A stretch of 64,000 bases of DNA from Balanoglossus misakiensis. Lineage: Eukaryota; Animalia; Hemichordata. The position numbers were made by a program, and so were the translations under genes. Positions within the stretch are counted from its first letter, which is position 1; the number at the start of each line of letters is the position of its first letter. The notes under the pieces were generated by a model. That model worked only from the letters and a program-made list of their open reading frames with translations. It ran no database searches and had not been told where the DNA came from. The stretch covers positions 2,545,462 to 2,609,461 of the forward strand of contig CM082592.2 of NCBI GenBank assembly GCA_040954595.2, read 5' to 3'. Below, in pieces: positions 39,901 through 52,434 of the stretch.

Positions 39901-42900
39901 CAAGAAAAAGGGTACTACATGTCGATTCAACTTCCCTCGACCTCCTTCAAACAAAACCTTTGTATGCCACCCTTCTGTCAGTATAGATACCGGTACAGAG
40001 ATGGCAGATGATGAGGAGTGTAGAGGTGCTCAGGTCACAACATCAATGGAAAATGAATTAGAAATTGATTTGCCTCAGTTAGATGATACAGCATTGGGTG
40101 AGAAAAGGGCTAGACAAATTTTAGAACGAGTGTGGACATGCCTGTGTGAGAAAGAGAAACAAATTGATACTATTGATGATTTGTTTAATGCAGTTGGCAT
40201 AACTCAGGAAATGTTTGAACAAGCAAATGCAACTTTGGCCAAGAAGACAAGTGTAGTTCTAAAACGTGAACCAAGTGATGTTTGGGTGAACCAATATAAT
40301 GCCAATCTTCTCCGTTGCTGGAATGCAAATATGGACATTCAGTTTGTTGTGGATGCTTATGCCTGTGTTGTGTACATTGTGTCATACATCTCTAAGGCAG
40401 AAAGAGAAATGGGTTTACTCTTGGAACATGCACAGAAAGAGGCTTACAAAGAAGGAAATATGGATGCAAAGTCTGCCATGAAAGAATTAGGCAGTGTATA
40501 CTTGCACAACAGGGAAGTGAGTGCACAGGAAGCTATATATAGGGTATGTGGTTTGAAACTGAAACAATCATCACGAAAAGTTCAGTTTATTCCCACAGGA
40601 GAAAATCAAATCAAAATGAGTTTGCCATTGACTGTAATACAGAAGAAAATGAAAGGTGGTGATCTAGATGAGGAAGAGATATGGATGAATAGCATTGTAG
40701 ACAGGTACAAGAACAGACCAAATGGGGAAGATTTCGACAACATGTGTCTTGCCACATTTTGTTCTGAATATAGAGTGGTTTCGAAATCAGAAATGAAATA
40801 TGTGAATAATGAAAATCGTTGCAGTCCAATAGTGAAGTTGAAAAATGATGTCGGTTACATGCAGAAAAGATCTAGAAGTGATGGGGCTGTCATTAGATAT
40901 GCACGATTTTCTGTTACCAAATATCCAGAGAAGCACTATTGCAGTATATTACAACTTTTTCTCCCATACCGAACTGAATCACAACTGAAACCTAGTGGAT
41001 TTGAGTCGTATGAGGATTTTTATTGTCTTGGTGCAGTGAAATGTGGCTCTGCTTCTTTAGAAAAGGTTAAAGTGATCGTAGATGCCAATAAAGCATTATT
41101 TGAAACAGAGGCTGAGGCTATTGATGCAGCTGAACAAATTCTTGAAGAGAATGGACCTCTTGAAGATGCATGGGCTCAAATATGTCCAGAAAGTGAATTA
41201 GAACGATCAGAATGCATTGAAGAAGGTAAAAGATGCTGTGATGATGATCCCGTAGATGACGATGACATTCCAGATTTGGTTCAGAAATCCAAAGGTGATG
41301 ATTGCCATGTAGAAGTTTCAAGTTCTTCAGTAAAGAAAGCTGAGGTTGAAGCAATGTGTAGATCTTTGAACAAGAAACAAGCAGAAGTGTTTTACACTGT
41401 CAGGAAGTGGTGTTTGGACAAAAGCAATGGCAAGAATCCAGAATCCTTTTATCTGTTTGTCACTGGTGGTGCTGGTACTGGGAAAAGTCACTTAATCAAA
41501 GCCATATATCATGAAGCCAAACGAATTCTAGCTCGGGCAATGCCAGATGTTGATGGAATTTCCATTGTTTTAACTGCACCAACCGGAGTCGCAGCATTTA
41601 ATATACAAGGAACAACTCTCCATCATATATTCTCCATTGCAGTTGACTCAAAGTTGCCATATCAGCCACTGAATGAAGAAAAGCTCAATACCCTACGTTG
41701 CAAATTTGGTAACCTTCAAATTTTGATAATAGATGAGATTTCCATGGTAGACAAGAAGTTATTGTACTATGTTCATGGAAGACTACGACAAATCAAACAA
41801 TCATCAGCTGAGTCACCATTTGGGAATGTGTGTGTTATTGCTGTGGGTGACTTTTACCAACTTCCACCTGTGAAAGCAAGTCCACTCTGCATAGACCGTG
41901 AATCCATCAATCTGTGGAATGATAATTTCAGTATTGTAGAACTAACTGAAATAATGAGACAGAAAGACTGTGCATTTGCAGAGGCACTAAATCGAGTAAG
42001 AGTTCACAAGAAAGGGGACACACTGAATACTGGTGATGTAGCAATGTTTCAGAGGTGTGTTACTGGTGAAAAACCTGAGGCAATACATTTGTTTGCTACG
42101 AATGCAGAGGTTAATAGCTGTAATATTGAAATGCTCCATTCACTATGTTCTGATCCTGTGTGCATTGAAGCAGAGGATTTAAGCAGGAATCCAAAAACTG
42201 GAAGACTAGAAAAAAAGGAAGGACATCACATCAAAGTGTATAGGACAACTTTGCCAAAGACTCTTACTCTAGCTGTTGGTGCACGAGTCCAATTGACGCA
42301 TAACATTGATGTGGCTGATGGTTTGGTGAATGGCGTATTTGGCACAGTATGTCACATTGCAGAGAAACCAAGTGAAAAGTTTCCAGCTGCCATTTATGTT
42401 GTATTTGACAATTTGAAAGTTGGCCAAGGATTGAGGAACAAGAGCCCTGTAATTATATCTGACCTTCCAGAAAACATCACTCGTATAGAACCCCAGGAAA
42501 TGTCTGTTGCAAGTAATGGTGGTATTAGGAGGCAGTTTCCTTTGAAACTAGCTTGGGCATGTACAGTTCACAAAGTACAGGGTTTAACCGTTGAAAAAGC
42601 TGTTGTCAGTTTAAAGAAGATGTTTGCACCAGGACAGGCATATGTGGCATTGAGTCGGGTGACATCATTAGATGGTCTCATTATTAATGACTTCAATACA
42701 TCATCCATATATTGCAATGAAAAGGTTCAAGAAGCCTTGGAAAGAATGCCAAAGTTTCTCTGCAAGTGTACTCAGACAGAACAGAGTAAATATACATGCT
42801 CATTTTTATTGCATAATGTTGAGGGCCTTGTAAATCACATTAAAGATATTTGCAATGACAGTGAATACTTGGAAGCAGACTTCATTTGTTTGACGGAGAC

Positions 42901-43447
42901 ATGGTTATCTGAAAAAGAAGCATGGTGTGATGTACAATTGAGCGGGTTTGAATTCAATCACCAACCTCGATCTCAATCCTACAATCAATTTGATACAAAT
43001 ACCTCAAGTTTACAGTTGCAACAGCGGGGTGGTGTTGGAGTCTATAGCAAAATTGGCAAGAATTTTGAAATTTTGCATTTGGCTGTGTGTAATTTGGAAT
43101 GTATTTCATTTTATGTTACAAATATCAATGTTACAATAGCTATAGTTTACAGACCTCCATCATACAAAGCAGAGGTATTCAAAAATAGCATGGTTTCTTT
43201 GGTGAAAGCAATGGACAAATACCCAGGAGGCAAACTGATCATGGGTGATTTCAATCAAGATATCTTGACTCGGTCATCACTTGTAAAGTTCATGGAAGAT
43301 CATGGTTTCAGACAATCTGTAAGCGAACCAACTACAGAAGCTAATACACTGATTGATCATGTGTATGTGAAAGGAATAAAAAATGTCACAGTAAATATTG
43401 TACCAAAATACTTCAGCTTTCATGAAGCAATAAGCATCAAAATATAG
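36975..43447 (+). CDS. Helentron OTU-Rep-Pif1 helicase-APE protein, copy 2 (main part)
   Basis: Same motifs as copy 1; one visible substitution, KRK to KRQ (A13586 vs C38660). Confidence 0.96.
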
Positions 43448-44101
43448 TAATTTACACTTGTATTTGAAATAAAATAAGTAAATAGAAAAAAAAAGAAAAA
43501 AAAAACATGACAAGGAAAAACCTCATTCAGGTACATGCTTCAAAAATGGCCTTTGTAAACAAAAAGATTGGTGACAGATGGTTCCAGACCTTGTTGCTTC
43601 GCCAAGGCAAATCATGTGCCTCTGGTGGTAGGACATGACCGGGCAAGTATCCTGTGCTGGCGGAGCGACTCTTGCTAGTTGCTATACTCCTTGCCTAATC
43701 ATACTGCCAGTAGTGCACTAGGCTGCATAGCGATGAGGTCTGGGAGCAAAACTACTCAGCAATATTAGTGAATGTACTTATAGTGGCTCCTAGGATAAAT
43801 CAATTATGTTCAATTCAAATAGTTTATTGTCAACAACAAATGTAAAAAATGTCTTCAGGCTCACTAATCAATTCCAATATGATGACAACCACATCTGTAT
43901 GCAGCTAAGGATAAACCTGAGAAAGGATGAAACTGAGGGTGAAAGAAAACAGAAAATAGGAGAACTGTTTACAGGGTTAAAATATATTATAACAGAAAAT
44001 ACAATTAATGAATTTTGTAAAGGTGCTACAGATACTAAAATGTTCAAAAATAAATCATCAATCAGTTAATATGAAAATAGACTAATAAATAAATATACTG
44101 A

Positions 44102-44172
<71 letters not shown>

Positions 44173-44177
44173 ACAAA

Positions 44178-44232
<55 letters not shown>

Positions 44233-44885
44233 ATGTTCTAGTTTATAGTTTCAATTTTTTGATGGAATTACAGAAAACAGGTCATGACGTTTTTGATCTG
44301 ATGTCAAGTGGCAAAATTCCCCATAATACAGTACCAGCGTAGGGTATTGCAAATTTACATATGGATGTATTGACAGTTGGAACAAAAAGATTTCCTTGAT
44401 TTTTATGTCATGTACTGTATTGGTGAGACGCTAATGAACAATAGCTAGTGAAACAGAGAGGTAAATTGTCATTGACCACAGGTCATATAAAAAGGTACAG
44501 AATTGAAGTTTGTGTGGTTTGAAGATGTCAAGAATATTCAAATGTTTAAAACAGCCAAGTGTGCTGTGAAGTCGCGAAAGATTACTGCCATTTTTGAGCG
44601 AGGAGTTCAATGCTGTTAAGGTGAAAAGGATATGTGGATATCCAGACTTCAAGGCCGATTAGGTGATGTGATGTAGTATAAATGTGTTTAATATAGAGAA
44701 GAATTAAAATATATTTTGGTACAAATTTGAAATGATTTAACTTTCAGAAGAAGATAAACTCAGGCGAAGGATTGAGTAATTTAAGACAGGCTGCCTGGCT
44801 GTCATAATGTTTTATCTGTCTGTATGTCTGTGTCATGTATGCACTTGCATATGTACATTTGTAACATATGTACATGTGTATATGC

Positions 44886-44923
<38 letters not shown>

Positions 44924-44925
44924 AC

Positions 44926-44958
<33 letters not shown>

Positions 44959-47900
44959 TGTATGTATGTATGTATGTATGTATGTATGTACCGGCATGTA
45001 TGTACGTGCATGTGTACCAGTATGATATGGAGGCATTTTCAATGAATATACAACATTATTCTTAAATATGTATTTTACGGCAGTAATCCATTTCATGGAA
45101 AGTGTTATCGTTTGGAAGCTCCAGAGGATGTAATTACAATGTTAAATATTCCAGTAACATCATGGGATAATCATCTTTGTGTGCAGACTCAATATTGAGT
45201 ATATATACATAATTTCTCTGCCTTCAATTCTGTGTGGTATAGTGTATTTATTGCATTTTGTCACAAGATATGTCAGATGCTGTATTTTGAACATCTTATT
45301 GTATACTGTAATACTGGATAATTATTAATTGTAGTAAAGATATTTGCTTTTATTATGACAGTAAAAGTAATGTTTGAAATTGTACTTTTAATTATGGAAA
45401 AAGTTTACTGGTGTTTGGTATACCTTGTAAATAACCGAATTTGACTCAAGCTAGTTATTTTACAACAGTAATTGAAATGTTTAAATTGTCATTGTTATTA
45501 TCAAACATGGTTCAGTCAATTTAATAACTATTTATTTGGAAACAATGTGGCTTGAAATGTTTGAAATTGTATTCTTTTTCTCAAATGAAATACTGTCTGT
45601 TGGAGATTTTATGTTTTTAAAGTTTGTGTCAACATGACATACATGAAATTTTCATTTTCATTACAACATTAAGTAACATCTTTGAAATTATCAGATTTAT
45701 TATTAAACATGGTTGTGTTCATTGATTATTTAAAGGTAATTAATTATTTAGAATCAGTGTTGTTACATTTTGTTAGAAAAGTAATTGAAATCTTTACAAT
45801 TATTTTTTGTTATCAAAAAAAAAGATTGTGTGTGTTGGAAATTTTACAATTATAAACATTTTGGTCAGCATAGTTGCCTTTATTTGAGCATTTACTGAAT
45901 GGTTTGACATTCTAAAGTTTATCATCACACATCATTCTGTCTGTTGAATATTTTATGACAGTTAAAAGTCAAGTCGCTTGGATTAGAACATTAATTCTAA
46001 TATAGATTGATGTTGGAAATTGTAAATTTTATCATCAAATGTAGTGTGAAGAATAGAAGATTGTATTATAAAAGTAAAAATATGGTACATTGACTTGGAG
46101 AAACAGGGGTTAATAATTAATTTCTTCGAATGGTATTTTTTGAGCTGTTGGCACAGAAGCTGTATGGCATTTCAGTGTAGATAGCACATGTGAATATACA
46201 GCACGGAAACCAATGCATTTTAATACAAGTGAACTGTAGATGTGAATTTGGTCGAAGGGAAAAAGGAAATAGAACACTGTCACAAGATAGTGGGTCTGAG
46301 AGTTTGTCTCATTATTAAAGTGTCACACATATACATAGCAACAATGTGTGCTTTTGAGCAAGCTCCATAATTACCCAGAAACATTATTAGGAATGCCATG
46401 CTGTTAATGAACAGTAGTCTGTTGCATGACGGATATAATAGACAGATAATGTTTCAATCTGTATGGAAAGGGTTTTCATATCCTATGGAGTAATCGGCAT
46501 AAATAGAAAAATTTGTAATATTTACAAACAGAAATATCTGTATTTAATATATATGTGTTAATTATTTAACTTAGTTCATATCACTACCATGTGTGGATTA
46601 AGCTATTGGTGTTCATTGAACCCTGCAGAAGTCAACAAGGAACATTGTATTGTAAAAGATTAGCCTGTGCCTAGCTTGCTTTAAACAGTGACACATCTAC
46701 AAATTGTTCATTTCATACATAGATATATGCTTTTAAGAGACAAACTCTTATTCAGCAATTGTTAAGAGTTTTGTTTAATATTAAAAACTGTTTCTGTTGT
46801 TTTAATAGTTGAAACATGCTGAAATATTGGTGAACTGTACTCAATCTGGACTATGCACATACGGTACACATACATGTACAAGATAGAACATTCACTGATT
46901 CAGTAAAATAATTTATGATGTCCATCCCGTTTTTGACTGTTGGTTAAACTTCGATCCATGTATTTGACTGTATAGCCATAGTTGCAAACTTTTAGACCAC
47001 ATCAAGCTTAGAATGAGATCATAGAGTATGAATTACTCTAGCTGTCATGTAAAGTACCATGGCAATGTTATGTATCCAAGAGAAACAATTTAGTTTATTT
47101 AATCTGAATGTGACACATAGAATCAGCACTTTTTATACAGCAAAGGGGTAATTTCTGACCCCGTTTTTTGTTTATGCACTGAAGTTATATTGCACAGTGA
47201 AAAACGTTATGCAAGTATTCCCTGTATTCTTGAATGATATCACAAAAAGGGCCAAAAACTGCATTTTGAAATTCTAGTAAGCTTTTGCCAGGGTCAGATT
47301 TCCACACTTAATAAGTGTTATATTAGATATGTCCTCTTAATATATATGTTTTTAAGTATTTGATATGTCAACATGCACTGAAAGGAATACTGGATATTCA
47401 AATGATTAAGATAGATGGTAACTTAACTACACCAATTCTCTTGGTGGAAGAATTATATATTGTCTGTTACTACATTTGGCCATAGTCATTAGATTAAAGC
47501 CAGCTTGGTTTGCTTCAATATAAAACTACTAGGTAACAGATGAATTATAAATGGCAAAGTGTGCATCATCACATAATAGCCAAAAACTGTGCCTAAGATA
47601 CTGTAGAGCATGTGATTTATATGAGGATTTTAGAGTAAGACACAGCTTATTAATGTTCAAGCTTGTAAGATAAGGATTCTGCAAAAGCAGAACAGTTAGG
47701 TCATTTAAGAAGTTCTATGGTAGATAAATGATGTTGTTTCCAAAAATGCCATCTGTTACTCAAATGATGAGTGACAGCATTCCTGGATTTAACTTGCATC
47801 AGTAATTTGGTAGTTAAGTCAAATTTTACTACAATTTGTCACTTGTGGTCAGTCTTGATGGGTGTAACATGCTAGGAGGGTACACTTACCCATTCCGGAC

Positions 47901-50235
47901 ACCTGGTACAAGAGCTTAGCAGTGGTTTAAAATGATCCTGTGAGATTGTCATTTTTCTATTATTTATTATTTGAACCTGGTAATTAGCTTACCTTGAATG
48001 ATATTGATTATTCGACCTGATTTGATGTCTTATTCTTGCAATAACAAACAAAACCTCTACTGTTGTCAACCTTTTATTTATTTAAGATAAACCTGTCAGT
48101 TGAATCATTGCTTGTTTGAAAGCAGCCCTTACTGTAGTTATCACTTTATTTTAATGTACATTATAGGTCTCTGACCACTGAAAACATAACTTCTATGTCT
48201 GATTTTCTTATCTATCTTTACTCTGTACAATATATCTGGTTTGGCTGATATATCACCCAATGGCCATACAAACTTTTGTCATTTAATTTTGTCACATACT
48301 AGTACATATCCAAAACACAAAACATCTATGGCCCTCTTATTATTAGGCATACAATTTGCTTAAGTATAAAACCCGTAAAGTGTTTCAACACACCAAATAC
48401 AAATACTTTATCTCCTCTGAAAGTCGAGATATGGAAAAGTAAGACAAGGTCACCCCAGGGACAAGGCTGAACCTACTATGGATTCTGATATATACGAAAG
48501 TAAATCAAAGGTCACCTAAGGCCACACCGATATTTGGACAAAATAGTTTGACCCCATATTATGTCTATGTCGAACAAAAACCAGACCTGTAGCCGTGTTG
48601 GTAAACCTATAATTATGTATGCACATAATTAATGAGTTAAGCAGGTGTCAGATGACCCCAAAACTTTGGCTTTTCATAATGGCCCCATACCTCCAAACGC
48701 CAAGGTTGTACCTGCTTTGGATGCCGAGATATGCAAAAGTAGGTCAAAGGTCATCTGAGGTCACCCAAAATTGGGGCAGAAAATTTTGACCCATAGTGGT
48801 CCATGTCCAACAAAAACCAGACCTCTAGCCCTTTTGGTTAGCCCGGAATTAGGTATGCACATAAATAATGAGTTAAGAAGGTATCACAGCTGACCCAAAA
48901 CTTTGGCTTTTCATTATGGCCCCATACCTCCAAACGCCAAGGTTGTACCTGCTTTGGATGCCGAGATATGCAAAAGTAGGTCAAAGGTCATCTGAGGTCA
49001 CCCAAAATTTGGGCAGAAAATTTTGACCCATAGTGGTCCATGTCCAACAAAAACCAGACCTCTAGCCCTTTTGGTTAGCCCGGAATTAGGTATGCACATA
49101 AATAATGAGTTAAGCAGGTGTCACAGGTGACAAAAAACTTTGGCTTTTCATTATGGCCCCATACCTCCAAACGCCAAGGCTGTATCTGCTGTGGATGTCG
49201 AGATATGCAAAAGTAGGTCAAAGGTCACCCGAGGTCACCCAACATTTGGGCAAAATATTTTGACACCATAAAGGTCCATGTATAAAAAAAACAAAACCTC
49301 TAGGTCTATTGGTTCATCTGTAATTAGGTATGTGCATATTTAATGAGGTCAGCAGAGGTCAAAGGGGTCACGAAAAGTAGCAAAATTATTTGATCACATA
49401 CAAATCCACATACATCAAAAACCAAACTTACAGCCCTATTGGTTAGCCTGGAATTAGATATGCAGAAAAAACGATGTGTCAAAAGTAGGTCAAAGGTCAT
49501 TGCCAAAATTACCAAAATATTTGGGGTAGGTCCTGGCAGGAGTGATACCAATGTGCACAAAAATCAGAACTCTGGTACATTTAGAACAGGTAGTATGAGC
49601 TATATATGCATATATGCAGGTTCTTAAAAAAGTAGGTCAAAGGTCATGTGAAAATTGCCAAAAAATTTGCAACATATTCTAGTCATATGACGACTCATAT
49701 CCACAAAAAGAATTTGTATGCTATCTATTTTTCGACTAGAAAAATGATTTCTTAATTTTCGCTGGTTTTTACAAAATCCAATATGGCCGCCATAATCTTT
49801 GACCAATCACAACGCTCTTCGCAAACTTGATAGACATCAGTTAGGTGATGTCATACCCTAAATCCCATGACTCGGTTATTGCCGGTTCTGGAGAAGAAGA
49901 TTTTTGAAGATTTTACTGTACTTTTTCGAAAATCCAATATGGCGGCCAAGGTCACGTGACCGCTCAGGATTTTATTGTCAATTTTTGAAGGGCAGAGGAC
50001 ATGTGTACCATACACCAAATTTGAACTTGATTGGCCCTGTGGTTTTTGAGAAGAAGCCATTTAAACATTTTCAGAAAATCCAATATGGCCGCCAGGTCAC
50101 GTGACTAATTAAATATTCACAAGCCACTGCACATCTACTCATTGACCTTGACCACTGTAGCAAGTTTGAGAAGTGTACCTGTAGCCGTTTCAGAGATCTA
50201 GGAGAGCAAAGATTGACATAAGAATAAAGAAAGAA

Positions 50236-51729
50236 TTAAAGCTGCAAGCAGCATTGTCCGGGCCCAAGCTCTATTATCTGATCTGATTATTAGATATGCA
50301 CATAATTAATGAGTAGAAATATAATGCTGTGTTTTATCCCATGAAACATCTATGTTTGGTGTTGACATAGTGTTAAGTAGGTCAAAGGTCACCCAGAGGT
50401 CACCCACAATTTGGGCAGAAAATTTTGACCCATAGTGGTCCATGTCCAACAAAAACCAGACCTCTAGCCCTTTTGATTAGCCCAGAATTAGGTATGCACA
50501 TAAATAATGAGTAAAGCAGGTGTCACAGGTGACCGAAAACTTTGGCTTTTCATTATGGCCCCATACCTCCATACGCCAAGGCTGTATCTGCTGTGGATGT
50601 CGAGATATGCAAAAGTAGGTCAAAGGTCACCCGAGGTCACCCAATATTTGGGCAAAATATTTTGACCCCATACTGGTCCATGTATAACAAAAACAAAACC
50701 TCTAGGTCTATTGGTTCATCATTAATTACGTATGCGCATATTTAATGAGGTCACCAGAGGTCAAAGGGGTCATGAAAAGTAGCAAAATTTTTTGATCACA
50801 TACAAATCCACATACATCAAAAACCAAACTTATAGCCCTATTGGTTAGCCTGGAATTAGATATGCAGAAAAATGATTCGTCAAAAGTAGGTCAAAGGTCA
50901 TTGCCAAAATTACCAAAATATTTATAGCTTATTCTTGTCATATGATGATTCATATCCATAAAAAGAATTTCTGTGCTATCAATTTTTAGGCTAGAAAGGG
51001 AATTTTTACTTTTTAATCGTTTTTCACAAAATCCAATATGGCCGCCATAATCTTCGACCAATCACATTCTTCTTCGCAAACTTGATAGACCTCTGTTCAA
51101 TGACCACACACACCAAATCTTGTGACTCAGTTATCGCCGGTTCTTGAGAAGAAGATTTTTGAAGTTTTACTAGGGTTTTTCGAAAATCCAATATGGCCGC
51201 CATAATCTTCGACCAATCACAATGATCTTCGCAAACTTGATAGACATCAGTTAGGTGACCACATACCCCAAACCCCGTGTCTCGGTTATCACCGGTTCTG
51301 GAGAAGAAGATTTTTGAAATTTAAGCCAGATTTTAGAAAAAAAATTGTAGCAAAAAAACTGCAACATTGTCAGCATAATTTCCAATTACAAAAATGATGG
51401 GCAGGAGGTAGTCTACCAGCATGCCAAATTTGAAGTTGATCTGACTTGTAGTTTCTGAGATCTGAGATTTGCATTTTTTTAGAAAATCCAAGATGGCCGC
51501 CAGGTCACGTGACTAATTAAAAATTCACAGGTTCAATGCACGACTACTCATTGACCTTGACCATTGTAGCAAGTTTCAGAAGTGTACCTGCAGCGGTGTC
51601 TGAGATCTAGAGCGACAAAGAATTGACACAAGAATAAAGAAAGAAAGAAAGAAAGAAGAAAGAAGGAAAGACAGAAAAACCCCAACGAAACCAATAGGGC
51701 CCAAGCGCTGGTATGCGCTTGGGCCCTAA
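50236..51729. mobile_element. E8: non-autonomous Helentron nested in the right end of E7
   Basis: Left end like E3/E7; right hairpin AGGGCCCAAGCGCTGGTATGCGCTTGGGCCCTAA; a different element from E4 at the equivalent site. Confidence 0.82.
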
Positions 51730-51952
51730 AAATTCCAACGAAACCAATACGGGCCCAAGCCTGGCTTGGCTTGGGCCCGTAAAAACCCCAACGAAACCAA
51801 TAGGGCCCAAGCGCAAGCAAGCGCTTGGGCCCTAAAAAACCCCAACGAAACCAATAGGGCCCAAGCGCAAGCAAGCGCTTGGGCCCTAAAGAAGAAATAT
51901 TCCAACAATAACAATGGGGGCACAAGCCGCCTGAGGGCGCTTGTGCCCCCAA
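51693..51952. repeat. Stack of five terminal palindromes (right ends of E8, E7, E6, E5, E1)
   Basis: Five ~53-63-bp units of the form A-rich linker-CAAT-GGGC(C/A)CAAGC-loop-GCTTG(G/T)GCCC-AA. Confidence 0.9.
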
Positions 51953-52434
51953 AAAAACGATGTGGCATCCCTTGATGTTATTTGTCGCAACGTCGTATGG
52001 TCGCTCAGCGTCACTCATCATCAACAAAACATCAAACATGTACATGTACAAAGTTTGGTGCCATCACTTGGCAAAACAACTGTAGCCAACGATACCACCA
52101 GTGGTGGCGCTATCGCTTATCTCCCGGTCCCTCATTTCTGGATTCAGATTCGCGTCTAATACAAAGAAATACGTGTTCGATTTTGAACACTTTTGGTCGC
52201 TCTGGCACCGGTCACGCATTACACTCACCCTATGCAGGTATTTTATCCAAGTGTTCGTTTGATCTTTTGGCTCCGTCCCTCGCTCCGTCCGTTGTTAGGC
52301 ATCACCAGGCTGCAATTTTACCCCCTAGTTTTCTCGTCGTAGATAAACGCGTACGTAGTCACCAAGTTAGGGGACGTTGTGTTGACGTATTTCCAAAATG
52401 GGGCTCTTGTGTTAGTTTGTAAACTTTGATCAAC

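Larger units (their letters stand above)
29490..51782 (+). mobile_element. E7: coding Helentron copy 2 (body 29490-50235, tail 51730-51782; E8 nested)
   Basis: Near-identical to E3. Tail AAATTCCAACG...GGGCCCGTAA is identical to 26578-26630. Confidence 0.88.
28059..51835. mobile_element. E6: non-autonomous Helentron, same subfamily as E5 (body 28059-29489, tail 51783-51835)
   Basis: Same left end as E5, and its tail hairpin is identical to that of E5. Confidence 0.78.
26631..51889. mobile_element. E5: non-autonomous Helentron (body 26631-28058, tail 51836-51889)
   Basis: Left end TTAAAGCTGCGAGCAGC...GGGCCCAAGCGC, matching the hairpin arm GCGCTTGGGCCC in the tail. Confidence 0.78.
2055..51952. 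mobile_element. E1: outermost non-autonomous Helentron (body 2055-3263, right tail 51890-51952) hosting E2-E8
   Basis: Left end TTAAA-GCTGCAAGCAGC stem-loop followed by subTIR GGGGGCACAAGCG. Its exact reverse complement CGCTTGTGCCCCC is in the last hairpin (to 51950). The (GAA)n run broken at 3263 resumes at 51890. Confidence 0.8.

Noticed and set aside
51693-51952. CRISPR array
   Set aside because: Eukaryotic context, no cas genes, variation lies inside the palindromes, and each unit is explained as an element terminus.
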